Made by a program: the position numbers and the translations under genes. The notes below the pieces were generated by a model. It worked only from the letters and a program-made list of their open reading frames with translations. It did not search any database and was not told where the DNA came from. This document shows positions 1 to 15,100 of a DNA stretch of 64,000 nt, piece by piece. Numbering within the stretch: position 1 is the first letter of the stretch; each line of letters begins with the position of its first letter. Origin of the DNA: Styela clava (Eukaryota); contig NC_135262.1 in the NCBI RefSeq assembly GCF_964204865.1, positions 7,998,001 to 8,062,000 on the forward strand, given 5' to 3'.

Positions 1-640
1 TTTTTTATTCTCACGTAAAACAATTTTGTCCAATGGTGGCCGGAGGAGGATAATGAACGGCTTCAGAGTAAAATTACTGTCAAATACATATGTGTACTTT
101 CCGAAAACGGTGGGCAAACGTTACCGTTATTCATACGAAATTGTGGGATTTTTTTTTTATAAAAATAGTAATCCTGGCATATAGACCGATTTCACAGTTT
201 TACTGACCCTTGACCCAGCAAATTTCATCTTCTACTTTACAATTATAACATTGTTTATGCCTATTTTGTCAGTGTTTTTGCGAGTTGACGCTTGGAAACC
301 TGAACATGTTTATAGAGTTCGTTTCATTTCAAAATGTTCAACCACGTGCCGACAGCTAATTTTAGCCTAGGTCGTAGTATATCACAGCTTTGTCGTGACT
401 ATTTTTTGATCAAAATAAATCTCAAAGACAAAATGAAGGCTAAGTTATTTGATTTAGACATAATTTTATTACAATATCTAAAACAGACGAATAACAACAG
501 TCAAGGCCACTAAAACAAGTCAATATTTACAACCATCAGTAGAGGTTGCGCGAGACTAACTCCCAGTCCTTTCTTGGCGCTAGCGGGTCCGTATGTGTAT
601 AATTCAAGGATGCCGTAGCAGGAATAAAAATATCATACTG

Positions 641-816
641 TGCAATTCAAGAGTTCTGCTGCACACTAACACGAATGTATTTCTGTAACGTTTCGTCTGA
701 CCAAAATCTGCAACCAGACTGTTGTAAACTGCTTGTCTGACGAAGTGTGATTTTGGTCAGACGAAACGTTACAGAAATACATTTGTGTTTTTGTGCAGCA
801 GGAATCTTGAATTGCA
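641..816. repeat. Long inverted repeat (~68-bp arms, 641-708 / 749-816), probably a Penelope-like retroelement (PLE) inverted pseudo-LTR remnant
   Basis: Left arm tgcaattcaagagttctgctgcacactaacacgaatgtatttctgtaacgtttcgtctgaccaaaatc is the near-perfect reverse complement of gattttggtcagacgaaacgttacagaaatacatttgtgtttttgtgcagcaggaatcttgaattgca. The PLE assignment is inferred from the embedded hammerhead motif. Confidence 0.75.
733..774 (+). ncRNA. Minimal type I hammerhead ribozyme motif (PLE-type)
   Basis: ttgt-CTGACGA-A-gtgtga(ttttgg)tcagac-GAAAC-GTT-acag. Contains the CUGANGA and GAAA cores, stem II (one mismatch), a loopless palindromic stem III (AACGTT) and a 4-bp stem I (ttgt/acag). Confidence 0.5.
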
Positions 817-1624
817 TAATTTAAAATCATGCTAGAAAGTCATTCCGAGCAAAAAAAAGTTACCGGATAACTGCGAAAATATTAATTATTACGTCACATT
901 GAATTATTGCGGATCAGTCAATGATACGTTAATACAATATCATTTTAATGGTCAGGTAAGCATCGAAAGCGAAATACCCGTTATTTCGTTGGTTGTACTA
1001 AACAACAATAGCCTGGGTGATACGGATTTTTTAAAGAATCCTACGCAAGACGGTGAATTTATTTACGCAATACGTAAGACCATTTCGACCCCATTAAGAC
1101 ATATTTGTTGGACATAATCGCGACTACTATTCAGACATATTTGACGTCAGCAAAAAGGTAAAATAACAAATATCGATAATACTTACAGAGATCAAAGCAA
1201 TTGTTGGTAACAATAGTCGACTACTGGAAATATCAGACAACAACAATGTATTCATAATAATCTGATCAAAACTATTTTGGCAAATCATCAATGAATTTCC
1301 CGACAGATTATGAGCAACGACTTGAATAACTTTGGTCCCGGATCTTTTCGCATGCTCTAAATTGAAAGCAGCTTATGGCAACAGTGGCAGTTTTCAGCAG
1401 CTTATGAAGTATGAAAGTGAATTTCTATTTCAACATAATTGTATTTGTGTTTTGTGTTGGTAATTGATGTTAGTGGTATACAGAATGTTATATTCTTATA
1501 TTATGACATTTTATGCTGTTGCAAAATCAAAGCGATCAATAGTTTTTGAAATTTAAAAAAGGTAAAGGATCACTTTATAGAAGTAGAGGATCACCTGGAT
1601 AAAATCAATCTGTAGACTTCTTGC

Positions 1625-1700
1625 CTCTTCCTCCACCATGCATCTGAAACAAATGACCGGTTAACTAATCCCATATCCCGTCTTGTCGGTATCCTTCTCC
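1625..1700 (+). mobile_element. Fragment of the tRNA-derived SINE family (central part)
   Basis: cttcctccaccatgcatctgaaacaaat...aactaatcccatatcccg is the reverse complement of the core of the 52351-52693 SINE. Confidence 0.6.
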
Positions 1701-4700
1701 TCATGGATAATTGCAAAAATACGATTTTATGGCCACGGCGGTCATACATCTGTACCGTAACGCTTAGTCCTGAATGCACACGGTTTTTAAGAAAAACGTC
1801 GGGCAAGCACTACGTAGGTCGTAGTAGACGGTCGAGTATGCAGAACAAAAGTGTTTCCTTTTAATTAAAATAAAACGACAACATTTTGGTGTAATATCGG
1901 GTCCTATGGAACTCAGAAGAAAATTGAATGAAAAACCTCTTTTCGATTATCATCTACTGACATATTGAAAACCATGATTGCTCGAATAATTTCCGATGAA
2001 AAGTGTTTTTCTAAATGTGCTACCGCAACAACATTACCAACTTAGCACATGATCCATATTTACCCTTAATGTCCAACAAATGTAAATTCAACAAGCTTCA
2101 GTCATAATCCAGTAGTGGAGTAATGAATACAGATTTGATATAAATGTGCTGTTTTTCGGTAAAATAAAGGTATAATAAGCATACAAGATGCAGAAAGTTT
2201 CATAGTCACTTATCACAAATATTTTGTCAGGTTATCGTTTAAATACGTTTCGTACTCGCCTAAGTTGTTCAGCTTATTCAAACCATTCATATTGATGATG
2301 GATTCGAAATATGTGTGACTTCTAATAGAGATTAGTTCGTAAAAAAAAAATGTTTTTAAATAAAATAGGGCAAATCTATTCATTTGACTTCACACTTGTC
2401 GTGAAACCTTCAATTCCGTCGTTCAGGCCACCTTTTAAAAGAGATTGCGAAGATAAGAGAAGTATGTATATTGTAAAAAAAAATTAGTTTAAAACCGAGA
2501 TTAATATACTAAACCGAAAACGGTAAACCAATGAATAATACAAATGCGCAATTAATCATCCCGAAAATTTCAAAAAAGGAATAATTTTCGACACAAAATC
2601 ATACGACAATTTACCGTTGTTTCTTGTTGTGAGATATATTTCAGGGTTCTCATCATTTGTTTACGTCAATACAACGTCACGTCAATACTAATATAAATCA
2701 AGAAATTTTTGGCTTCCTCCTTTTAAACAAATCAGAGGGTTATTTATTTATTTCACGCAAATTGATAGCTTTCTACCATGACGAGGTTAATTTTATTTGC
2801 CATTACCAACTCATCATAATAATGATAGTACATCGACGAAAAAGCGTGTGCAAATTTTTATTTTTATCCAAAACCGAGGACATTTTATACATATATGTTT
2901 GCAAAAAAACGCTGTTACTGTTTTTGTAATATGGCGGATCAGCGTATGATATCTCCCACAATGTTGCTCGATTGAAAATGATAAATGTGGGTCTTCTCCT
3001 TGTTTACTAACACTTAGGGATCCGTATGTGTCCTTATTTGAATCGTGAATCCGGTCCCAATTAGAATTGGGAATTACTAAGTACAAGTTTATGAATAGCA
3101 TATTCTATAAGCATGCAAATTTTGATATTATATCCCGATTGTTCATTGCCCGAAATTTTCAGACAAAACAAGACATGAGTATACTAAGTATTTTGAATGA
3201 ATTATTGTTGAAACTATTGAGAATTCATTTGTAAAATGGTCCACGATTAGACTCATAGAATTTGTCAGTTTTATGATGCGCCACATTTTTTTCACATCAA
3301 CAATAGACATATATCGAATGGTAAATGGAAAAGAGATTACATAAGAAAGAGGAAGCAAGCATGTAGCAAGGTACATGTATGTTTTGCTTCTAAATAAAAT
3401 GCCATATGTAAACGATTCTATCTTATTTTAGTAACACTTTATTGTAAAAACTGCCTGCAAAACGAGCACAGCCAGATTTGTTAATTAAAATATATTACGT
3501 GTTTTTATCATTTTTATTATTAATTGTATGGATGCATAAAAAATATCTCCTCATTATTATTTTACATAAAATTCAAGTTTTGATAGAAAATCTATCATCC
3601 CGTGTTATTTATTTGATTTTTCATTTGATATTTTTGTCAAAGAATGAAAGTGCTTTTATCATATTAATAGAATAATAAAATAACAAATCGATAAAGGACA
3701 CCTGAGCAAACTCACTGTATAAAAATAGCTGACAAAATGTAGACAGGATTGTTATATACATCAATCATTTACTGTGACAAAATTAAATTAAATACACTGA
3801 AATCAGGCAGTATATGTTTGCTGCTGCTCCATTTATAAAATTAAAAAAAATATATTTAAAAGAATTCTATTTAAGACAGTTTATATCAAATACAGCTAAC
3901 GTTAACAAATGCTCACGTGCCGTGACAACAAACATTATAAAAAATAAACGATGAAAAAATTGACAAAACTCGTATTTTGACTATCTCAAATATGCAATTT
4001 TCTAATAAAGTGTGAATGTAAAACAACTATCTGTACTTGGTTATTATCAACCTACTCTTCCTAATTGAAATATTTTTTGTTACGACTTCACGAATCTTAA
4101 TTGATTGATTATATATGTATGCATACTTCATAGTCAAATATCGAATTGTTCTCATACTAATTCATGCCTTTCAAAACAATATGTTGAATAAATATGTTAA
4201 AAAAATATTTTATCAGCACAATATAGTTTTAGGACATAGAATTATAGTCTTCGCTTATATAATGGTCGATAAATTTGAATCGCTCTACATATGCTCAAAA
4301 ATTTATTCATAAATGTAAAGCAAATGTCATACCTGAATATCGACGTCAATTTTGACACAAATGTATCCGTTGAAAAATCATTTTTATCTTTTGTTCTGCA
4401 ACAATAGTAATACACGTTTGATATTTTTTGAGCCAACTGTCAATATCGTATGTTTTTCAACGATTCTAGGCGAAAATTCAATTTAAGGATTAATAGTCAA
4501 TAAAAATGTCCAAATATGTAAGCTGATTATGACGGAAAATTCTTTGATCTTTACAAAAGCATATAATGGTTTAAAGTCGCCGAATTTACAAAGGGTTTCA
4601 ATATGAAATTGACCATTAATCTTTACTTAACCATGGTTGTTTTAATGGAAAATTATATTTTGTAGCTTATACTGTGCTCGGCCTTTCTTATGCAGAAATT

Positions 4701-7700
4701 ACGTCAATGAATTATGTTGAAATAAATACAGAACATCTGTTAGTGATATATTTTCATTTTTGCCTTAAAATCACGTAATTCGGATTAACCAGTTGTTCGT
4801 GCCCACGCTACAATTTTAGCCCGTTTGGGTACCAATTCATTCGTCTTATTCCATCGTCTCTATCCAAACTGTAATCCGTCTGGTTGGCTCCGGAATAGAA
4901 AAGAAAATGACTGTTGAAAAGCACGTCAAGAAGTATCATATGTCAAGTATGAAAATGTATATTAAAACTCATAGAAACTTCCTTGGCGGGCGTGGACGGG
5001 AATGAAGAGTCACGTACAAAATATTCTCTCATCAAAGTTGCATAACATAGTCATCAATCAGTGTTTACATTCCCGGTATCATTGACCCAAATGAAGTATA
5101 TCTGAGGCTATTTAGCCATTTGTAATCCGCATGCTACTCTATTACTGGGTCGTGCGAAAATTGTATAATTGAGTTATCCCGATACGCCCATGAGATAGAA
5201 AAGTCGCGAAAGTTTTCCAACGTTGGTTGCCCCGATGTGCATATGAAACTTCAAATTTTCTTTACTGTTGAATAATGTTCAACTTTTCTGAAACTTTTAA
5301 TCGTAACAACGTCATTAATTAATGTTTGTATGACTTATTTTGTTCATTTACACACAAACAGAACTACATACGGATAACTAATGAACATGACCTACCAGGG
5401 GTGGGGGTCTTTTCGAATGGGCATGCCATATTTGAATTTGTAAAAACGAGATATGTTTAGCGAGATGGTAAAACGATTGGTGGCGGCGCACTGTATCACA
5501 AGCTTATTAAACAAATATTTTTTCGTCATTATTTTATTCGCTTCTGTTGAAAAACGGGGCCCTCATCATTTTTTTTTTGCATCCGGCAAAACTTCGAATC
5601 TAGTCAATAAAATCACGTGGCGACCCAAAAATATTCAACGTCGTGAGAGTAGATCATCCATTGAACAGATAAATCATCGTCGACGTCGAAAATGTGACAG
5701 AACGGCGGAAAAAGACGATCGCACGTGCCGCATAAAATTACAAAGACTCCAGGGTTGACTTATTGTCTTTATGTTGGTTCACCTGGCGCGATGTACGACG
5801 ACGCCCAACACGACAACGAGCCAATCCCGTCACGAAATTTTGACGCGATTCAAATGATTATTTACAACTATAAACTAAATCGTTTTATGGGCTACTGCAT
5901 GAGTAATCAGTCGGTTACTAAAGTGGTTTGATGTTCAAACAAAAACGAACATCAATCTAATAAAAGAAACGATCGGGAATACTGAGAATTGGATTATTTA
6001 AAACTAATTTCTTATTTTTAGTAAAAATCAAACTGTACTCGCTTGTTTAGATAGATATAATGAACCCTTAGGTAGAATTATCTTAAAATTTCGAGAATAT
6101 ATAGAATTGAATTCCCAGTTAGAATTGGTTTAAAGTGGTCCTCCATGCCTACTATAAGTCCTATAATATTTCAGGTCTCACAATGTACAAATGACTATCA
6201 AAAATCTGATGCTTAGTTATTCCAAACTTCATTTACACTTCTGAATTATTAGTTATTACAGCTAAACAGTCGCTAACTTTATTTGAAATTCATGCCTTCT
6301 ACAGAAAACTTTGTTTGACAAGGAAAAATGAAAATCAATTCGTGACTTCCATATCCTCATTATGAGAAGCTAATATTATTACTTTACAAAATGACTTCAA
6401 AAACCACCGTCATAAAAGTTGAGACAATATTTACAATTCGATTGCTTTCATCTCATATGGCGCGAATATAATTGTTATGAAGTAGAAAAGTAAATCATTC
6501 GTAAATCAAGAAGAAATTAAGTATTTCTCATAAATTTCAAACAGGAAATGAATATTCATTAATTATTTGAATTAATTTCAACTACACAATGGAAACTCAC
6601 TGAATTGGATGACGTTTCCCATGAATTTTATTACCGCTACTTTAATCATCGGCTTTGAATTATAGACTCAATGTTGGTCTTCAAGTTCTTTATAAAAGGA
6701 CTTGGTTGTTTGAACTAACCACTTTGTGTAAGTTAAAAAAAAATGTTAATATTCTTCAAAAATAATTATAAATCTGAAAATATTGCTGAAAATACGATAT
6801 TATATAAACATTCATTGTTGACTATTTGATGCCTTTCTGGCGATATCGTTGTGTTGAGAGATCTGATAATGCTGTACTTTTCCTGAGATAAATACATATA
6901 GTGATAAATAGCCAATATCGATATTTCTATATATATATATTCTTTACATATTTTGGGTCTGGGGCTAGGTTACAGTCGTAAACTTTTAAAAGAGAAAGCG
7001 AGATTCGAATCACTAATGTAAGGACTACATAGAGCTCAGGAAATGCTATTAATTGCCCGTAGCACCAACGCTTAGCGAGCGCAGGTAAAACACGACGTAA
7101 AACTTGAACTGGCGTTATGGAATGATAGTTAACAGCTATCACAGAATAACTTTCTTCTAAAATTGGAAACTGGTGCTAACAATTCATCGTTAAATATTCT
7201 CAAATTTGCACCATTTCTGTGTTTTCAAAATATTTATTCGATTTGAAGTATTGGAATTGGATTTGTCCATCTCTCGTTCTCAACAATTAGTTATTTCTTG
7301 ATTCCTGCCCGACTACATACTCGCTATTCATCAATTATATTTCACCGACTATCCAGTGGTGTATTTCAACGTTATTCGTCATTCGTAACCAATAAATTTT
7401 TACAGATAGATCAAGATTTACCATTGGCAACTTGTAAACTGGCAAGTTCATAGTTCGGTCTCCCATTTTTCACGCTTGACATACGTGACGGCATTCCAGT
7501 AACTTGCCTCTTGGACACTTAGAAAGTATTTTTGTTGTCGCAAAGTCAAGTGAAGGCTGGCAGGTTGACAAATACAATAGCAAGCAGCGATACCCAAGGT
7601 TATATCTTACATTTGGACATTTACCTAATTTCAGGTCGATTTGTTTATAGTATTAAATGAAACAGGTTAGATTGCAGCACTCATATTGGCCTGGAAAAAC

Positions 7701-9106
7701 GGAGAATATCCTATTCTTGTGTATTATTTACAGGAAAATATATTAATTTTAAAATTATTCCACTGTAAGGTAAGGAAAATGGAAATTTTGAATTGCACTT
7801 AAAATTGGTATCAATTTAATTAATTATCAATGCATGGTATTAATCTTAATTTAATTGGAGGTACAGCATGTTTATTGTGGTGAACGGTACCAAAATGGTG
7901 GATGATTTGTGGTAATTGTAACGAACTACCTTTATTATATACTAACCAATGTGTATTGTGAGCGGGAAGACCTCCGCGGACGCCATTTTATTTTGCCACA
8001 TAAATTTGCTTTTTATTGTTGTCGCAGCGACGATTATCGCCATTTATAAAATGTTAGTCGAGGAATGGATAGACTAGTGTTTTGAGATGTGACAGTGAAA
8101 AATAAACGTTTAAAATGCAAGTGCAAGATAAGAGCGATGGCTTACTAAATGTACATGAGACGTATTTTCAGTATTAAATTGTTACTGAAATAGTTTTATT
8201 CGTAAAAAATGGTCGTTTTCATTCCCAGAGGTATATCTCACTATAGTTAGTTATATTTGTGATTAGGGAAAATTTAAATAAATATTGTAACTTGATTGTA
8301 CAGTTATTGTATCCCCATCTTATTTCATTTATAGCTTATTTTCGGGATTTTTGTAACCGTGCCTTGAGCAAAATTCTCATAAAATACTGTAAGGGATGTT
8401 CCAATTGTGAATGCATAACTACGCTATTGAAGAAAGTTTATACAAAAATGTTTTTGAGTCTCAATTTCCATACAAGATACATGGTAATATCACAGGTATA
8501 TATATATAACTTATGTGAAACTGCCCATTATCCCTCTATGAAATAGGAATAAAAATGAAAATTGGAATCCTATAGCCATCCCAATTCCCACTTCTTTAGA
8601 TATTTATAAATGTTCAACAAAGAGAAAGGTGGTTGTCATAGAAAATTTTAATTATATTTTGTTAAATGAATACTATCTAAATATAATATCTATTGTGTTT
8701 ATGATTTCTCTGGGATTGTGGTTAGCATAAGCAATAGGCTAGGTTGATATGTTTGCTATTCTTTTATGGAATAACAAAACGTTGCTAGCCAAAGTTTCTA
8801 GATAGTTTAATTGCAATATTTCAAATATCGAAATTTAAAAATGTATTTAGTTGTTGTAATAATATTTACCACATGACAAAATAAATAATAATTAAAGCAG
8901 ATGCCATTTGAAATGCCAATCGAGTCGTTTCGTATAGAGTAGTTATAATCACTGTCAGTTTAGTTCTAAAATTTCTGCAAAGTCAAAGCATAGTGGTATA
9001 AAACGAAAATTACCTATTATTTTTATCTGTTTAGGAAATATTGTATTAATTTATTCACTAATCGTGTTTCCAGCTCCCTCGAAAAAGCAGATTAAAATTC
9101 TGCAAT

Positions 9107-12100
9107 ATGGATATAGACAGGGACAATACGGGGGCCTTATTCTACTGTCGGGCTGGGTTGCTAGAACCACGTTTATTGTGCCATACCTTCCCATCACCAA
9201 GCCACTTTTCTATGGCATGTTGCACACCAGCTGTACATGGACATAGTCAGCAAAACTGTAATATATTATGGCCTTCTCCAATCTGGAATACAGATCTCAA
9301 TGATATTGCTCGGAGATTGCTCATTGAACGTCGTTGCGTGAGTGAAAATAATTTTAACGAACCGAGACGTGAAGATAAAAACTTGACCCTGAGAAGTAAT
9401 TATATGGGTCGTTGCTATAATCCTGCTAAAAATTTGCAAATAAATGTCGAAGGTTGGGGATGTTGTGACAAAACTGACAATGAACTTGGAGACGAGACTA
9501 AACATCATAAAATTCTGTCAGAAAACCGACTTTATGACGTCAAAAACAACGAAAATAATAACGACGACATATTTTCGTCTTCTTCCGCTTCAACAAATAC
9601 TTTTTCTACTTGTGATAATTTAAATATTTCATCAAAATCTGATATTTTAAAAACGGAATCTGATGACGATACTCCCGATGAAGATGACGATAGCCAAGAA
9701 CACAAAAGCGAACCGTTTTTGAAATTTGGTGTAAGAGCAATTCTCGCCAAAAAATCTCACAAAGAATCTAATTCTGGTGTTTCGTCAGGTTAGTAATATT
9801 TTATGTCATCCATTTTTCGACTCATAGAACTTCTAACTATAAACGTTATCAAAAGATCCAAAAAACTTCATTGAGCATGCCCCAGATCCAAGAGCCCTTC
9901 ATGTCCATTAACATTCTCGACCATGGCTGAAAAGACAAATATCTTCTATCGCGCAATCATTTTAGTTGAAAACAGTTTTGAAAATCAAATATCAATAAAT
10001 ATAGGTATCGAAACATGTTCCAATTGTTATTACAATTTTTAAGACGATTTTTTCAAGCTATTTTTCAGGTGAATAATGAGTAGTTTTGTTGTTTCACACT
10101 TTTTTATATACAATTTATGGGTTTGATATAAAATTAACAGGAATGATGGTTCGAATCATTTATTCCCGTTTCTGCTTGTATTTTTTTGTTTCTCTATACA
10201 TCCATCACGTTTATGGTTAAAATAAATCGGTCGGTATCCCAGCAATTCGAACAGGGCAAGCATGAAAACTTTGCAAAATTTGCACCAATATTTTCTCCTT
10301 CCGGTCGAAGTAATGACATTTGAATTCGTTTTTAAAAAGCCAAATTTCGAGACTCGAATGGAGCCATAATTTGTAATTTAAAAATCTTTTTATGTTCTTT
10401 ATATATCTATATATACTTAAAAATTTTGTGCAAATCCGTTTGGTATTCGATAGCTTATTGCGTTAAAGTTGCTTCCATCTAAAAATATTAACCGTAAATT
10501 GGCTGCGCTTTTAAAAATCTTCTTATAATTTTGAAACACGAGATATACTTGTAATAAAAGGTATATATTGTGTGTAGTTTTATGGCATAAGTATTGGTCC
10601 ATATCCGCCATGTCAGTTTAAAAAGCGTTTGAATGATGAATTCCATTGTTGTCGTTTGGGACATGTATTGCCAACTTCAGTATACATAATAAGGCTTAAG
10701 CAAACACCTTCTTTCCACACTTTTAAAAAAATAACGACAAAGTTTACCATTTCTATTATGGGCAATAAATTAACCGTGCACATAGCGCGTGACTCTACAC
10801 AACTATGGAAGAAAATTCGTGCTACTCGGCTCCTAAATCAATCCACAAGTTATAAAGTTACTTCACTAAATCACGTTCAAGTAAACAATTGTTTTGAAAG
10901 CAAGTGCCGAAACGGACTAAATCCACAAAACACTATTCCGTGTCTCGCAATTCTGGTCATGTTTTCAAGGCTAATTTAACACGATTGAAATGTGTTTTTA
11001 TTTGAAATTTTTTGTCACATTATTTTCTATTGTAAGAGAAAAGAGTAAATTGATATACATTTTTCGGTCAACTTGATCAGTTTAAACGAATCAACGATCT
11101 TTAAACTGGTTGCTCCGAATCACCAAATCATATGTTTGAAGTAGCTCTTAAATCGCAAGCACAAAAAATTTTTGTAAGTAAAAATGAAGACAAATTTGTT
11201 GAGAATGTAGCAATTTGTTGTTTTCGATTTATAATGCTACCAATAATGAAAGGTTGCAGCGTGGGATTCATGACAATGAAGACTAAAGCACTCATCAGCA
11301 ATCAATTTTACATTTATGCAGTTATCCTCACTCACCAATGTCAATCTAAATTGAATCCTACTAATTTAGATAAAGTTTCAGTGAAAACAATCCACTTAGT
11401 ATGACATGGGTTTATCTAATACCAAGTAAATTTAGGTTTTATTTTTCTTCAAACTGTTTTGATGAGTTAACTGTTGTCTCGTCCAATATTTTTGTTTAAT
11501 TAGTATCCATTTTAGTCTATGAGTAAAAACGACGATCGTTTTAATTAACCGTCTACAATTTCAATGTCCACTACATTGTCGAGACAGGCATTCTACGGTA
11601 TAAGGTTACAATCCCACGGCTTCAATGACCCTTGCCTTTCTAGGTAAGCAGTATATACGTCTTTTCATCAGGAGATGGGTTGAGAAGCTTTCTACTGGAA
11701 TCAACACCAAATGCCATTGACCATTTGTTAGCCCTCCGTCACGCCATGCCCCTAAATTCACAATACGTCATTAGCTTTTTAACCTTGCCGTGAAACTGAC
11801 CTCAAAGGGTAAAACTTTGGCAGATGCCTCAAGTAGACTTGTTTCCGTTTTCGCTAATTCGTACCTACCGCTTGTTAAAGTAGGCCGACTTTCCTGTGAC
11901 ATTTTTGTTGAACTTCGATTGTAATTTACGCATTGCCGTATTTAAATCACATATAATCGTTGCCAGAAACGATCTCGTACTATTCTAGAGTATATACTGG
12001 TCGACATATTAGTGACAATGAGTGTAGTTCATTATAAAACATATATTGATTTTCAGTTAATCTTCTACAAACAAAAACTAATTTGTTGGATATGAATCTT

Positions 12101-15100
12101 CTTGACATTTCTTTGAACAATTTTTAGCAAAATTTTTTATAGTAAATCAAACTTGAATCGAGCATAAAATGATTACCTGAGCAAAGTGCAATTTTGCGAC
12201 AAAAACGTAAAGTAAGCACTTTTTAAACAAACAAAACCAAAACGCAATAAAACGTGGAATTTAGGCAAACAACGTGTCAAAAAACATCACTCCAAAAACC
12301 AACTGACAAGTTAACTAAGCCCGCTATAAATGACACACATCGACACCGATATTTAAATTAGGTGTGAAAAGCAAACTGAAACGTCTCAAGGCCGCGGGAG
12401 GAGCCATATTGCGGTTACGCTACGATACGCGTGATTGAAGCAAAGATTCTAACAAGGATTCCTTGAACAGATTAATGCAATTGCCTTGTCAAAACAAGCT
12501 CAAGTTTTTCATAAAAAAACTTATATCACCTTCGTCGGTTGCAAGTACATACCATGTTTAAAATGGCGTCAAACTTAACCACTTTTACAGCTAATACAAA
12601 TTCTCGGCAATGTACAATTTCAAAGTTTCTAACGAACATGAAATAAAAGAAAATGCATCATATAATCTACTTATGTCTGCTGAGTTATTTTAATTTTTGG
12701 ATAAATTTTTATATGCTTTGCAGATTTTTTTGAAATGTCAAATTATTGATTTTTGCAGGCACCAAATCAAGTCCATCTCACATTCCACCCACCTTACCAT
12801 CTTCTCAGCAATTTGATCCGATTGATCAATATAAGAGCTACTTCCAGCAATTTGCTTTCCCTCTTCATCGAACTACATTTGGAGGTAAGCTATTTTTATA
12901 TTTTTATGAAATGCTTTATAATTGTATTCCCGACAAGTCATACTGCACGACGAATTTACACATCTTTCTCCTCGAATAGGGCTATGAACAACACTCCACA
13001 TACACAGAAGCAATTTTAATTTGGTACGATCGCAGTATTTTCAGATTCGGCATTGCCTACCGAGTGAGTATGGATTTTGGACGCGACGTCTTACCCTGCG
13101 ATGCCGTTATAGTTAATTCTACCGCTTTGAAGGAAAGTGCCAGTGCGCAACTTCAATTTCATCATTTGTAGTTAATCTCATGTAGGGTATATAGAAAACT
13201 ACGCAACGAGTTTTGTTTTGTGTTACTCCATATGTGAAAAAGTTACTTTTGTCTTATTTCCCCATCACAATTATTATTACGCAGATGTAGTTCAGCTTCG
13301 CTATTTGGTCTATCAACTTGTGGTTCAAACTAAAAATAATTGTTCTAAACTTTTTATCTTTTGATAAATGACGATTTTTAGTAATCTGATTATTTTAGAT
13401 TTGTCTTTATAGAAAACGTACATTATGAGTATGAGTGTTTTCAATAACATTAATATGTATAAATTAGAGACTATTGAAAGAAGTTGATAAAGTGAGAAAA
13501 AAATTGATATTTATATTTAATGGATATCAAATTTTAGTTTTTTAATTCATTCGTCAGATTTAAAAAAATTCGAAAACAATCTTTCTTGTTTTCTAATGGA
13601 ATTCCGAGGAAATTGGGGTTAACCTCAATGTTTGTTCAGTCGCTGTTTGTTTGAAAAATAACAGAATTTCCACATCGTCTACTTTTTCTCACTAATAACG
13701 TACAAGTAAGTAACAGCATCTGAAATAAAAGCATTCCAAATTGAAATCCAAACCACGCCAAGGTGGTTAAAAAAGAATCTATCTAGGTAGAAAAAATAAA
13801 AAATAAATAATTTATCAAAAACTTGATCGTAGGGCACTCAATTGTTTTTCTGAATGAGAATTATGGAACAAAAAAATTCCTATGGCAGATGAATTATTCG
13901 TCGAGATTGGGTTTACATTTTTTTCCGAATTTCCGAATTACATAGTTAAAAAAAAAACTTCAATATCATTTAGTCATGATATTTGTACGAAAAGATAGTC
14001 AAAAAAACTAATTTCACTTAAATGATTAGGTTACTGTGATGCCCAAGATTACAAGAGTGTAAATAAAATCATTGGAATCACTCTTACCCACCGTGGGTGT
14101 TATCCATTTGTAACTTTAATTTAATTAATTAATAAAAAAAAATTATTAAAAAAAATCACAAAACATTACATAGAAAATTAATGTATGTATGAGCAACGTT
14201 TATGTTAAATAACATAGGGTGTCCATAAAGTCTTACATTTTTTTTTAATTGCAAGAGAATTTATCGATGCCATATATTGTCAAACCTGGTTAAGATATAT
14301 TGAGAACTGACTTCATAACAAAATTGAAATTGTAAAGGGACTTTATATAAATGAGTTGTACAAGTAATCGAAAAAAAGTAATACAAAGTTATACAAAATC
14401 TAAGAGTATTGTACAATTTTTGCAGAAATTGTGTTACCTGGGAGTTGTTGAATTCATTACCACACTAATATGCTTCATTTATAAAATACCTGTACTTATT
14501 TAATTTAACTCATATTTTGACTTTTTACAGACTTTTGGTGCTAAACATCATATATTATAGACTACAAAAATTCTCATTAATTGTGATCAAGAAAACTAAT
14601 TCATGGTATTTTAAAATGTACTTTTAATTTCAACTGTATTATTTTGCCGTGATATATGGCAAAAGTGGATTACTAAGATGAAATATACGTCACTTCAATG
14701 AATTCTTTTGTGTCGTTTGCGTAGAAAGGTAATAATAATCGGAAAAGTTAATATAACATAATGTAATTTGCTCATATCTCAGTCAAAAAGTCGACATCAA
14801 AGTTAGAACGCCGCCATGTTCCATTGTATTAGATAATTCTTCCCAAATAAAGCGGTGTGTTAGACAAATATCTAAATCCTCTCTCACAATGTTATCACGC
14901 TCATAGTCATCTTACGTAAATCTTAGATAGACTGCCTTCGAACTACTGTTGAAAAATAAAAAAAATTATTGGAATTTTGATGGATTACCGGATGTGAAAA
15001 ACGTCCCGCCATACGAATAAAATATGGTAACAAATTAAATTCTTGTAACAACAAGGGTTACAATTGAGAAAAGCTTAGGAATAACACTTACGTTTATTTC

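Noticed and set aside
899-8546. Short ORFs upstream of Dbx
   Set aside because: Low-complexity AT-rich frames without homology or consistent splice structure. The region is treated as intergenic or regulatory.
9266-9750. Minus-strand ORFs over Dbx exon 1
   Set aside because: Antisense shadows with no independent coding signal.
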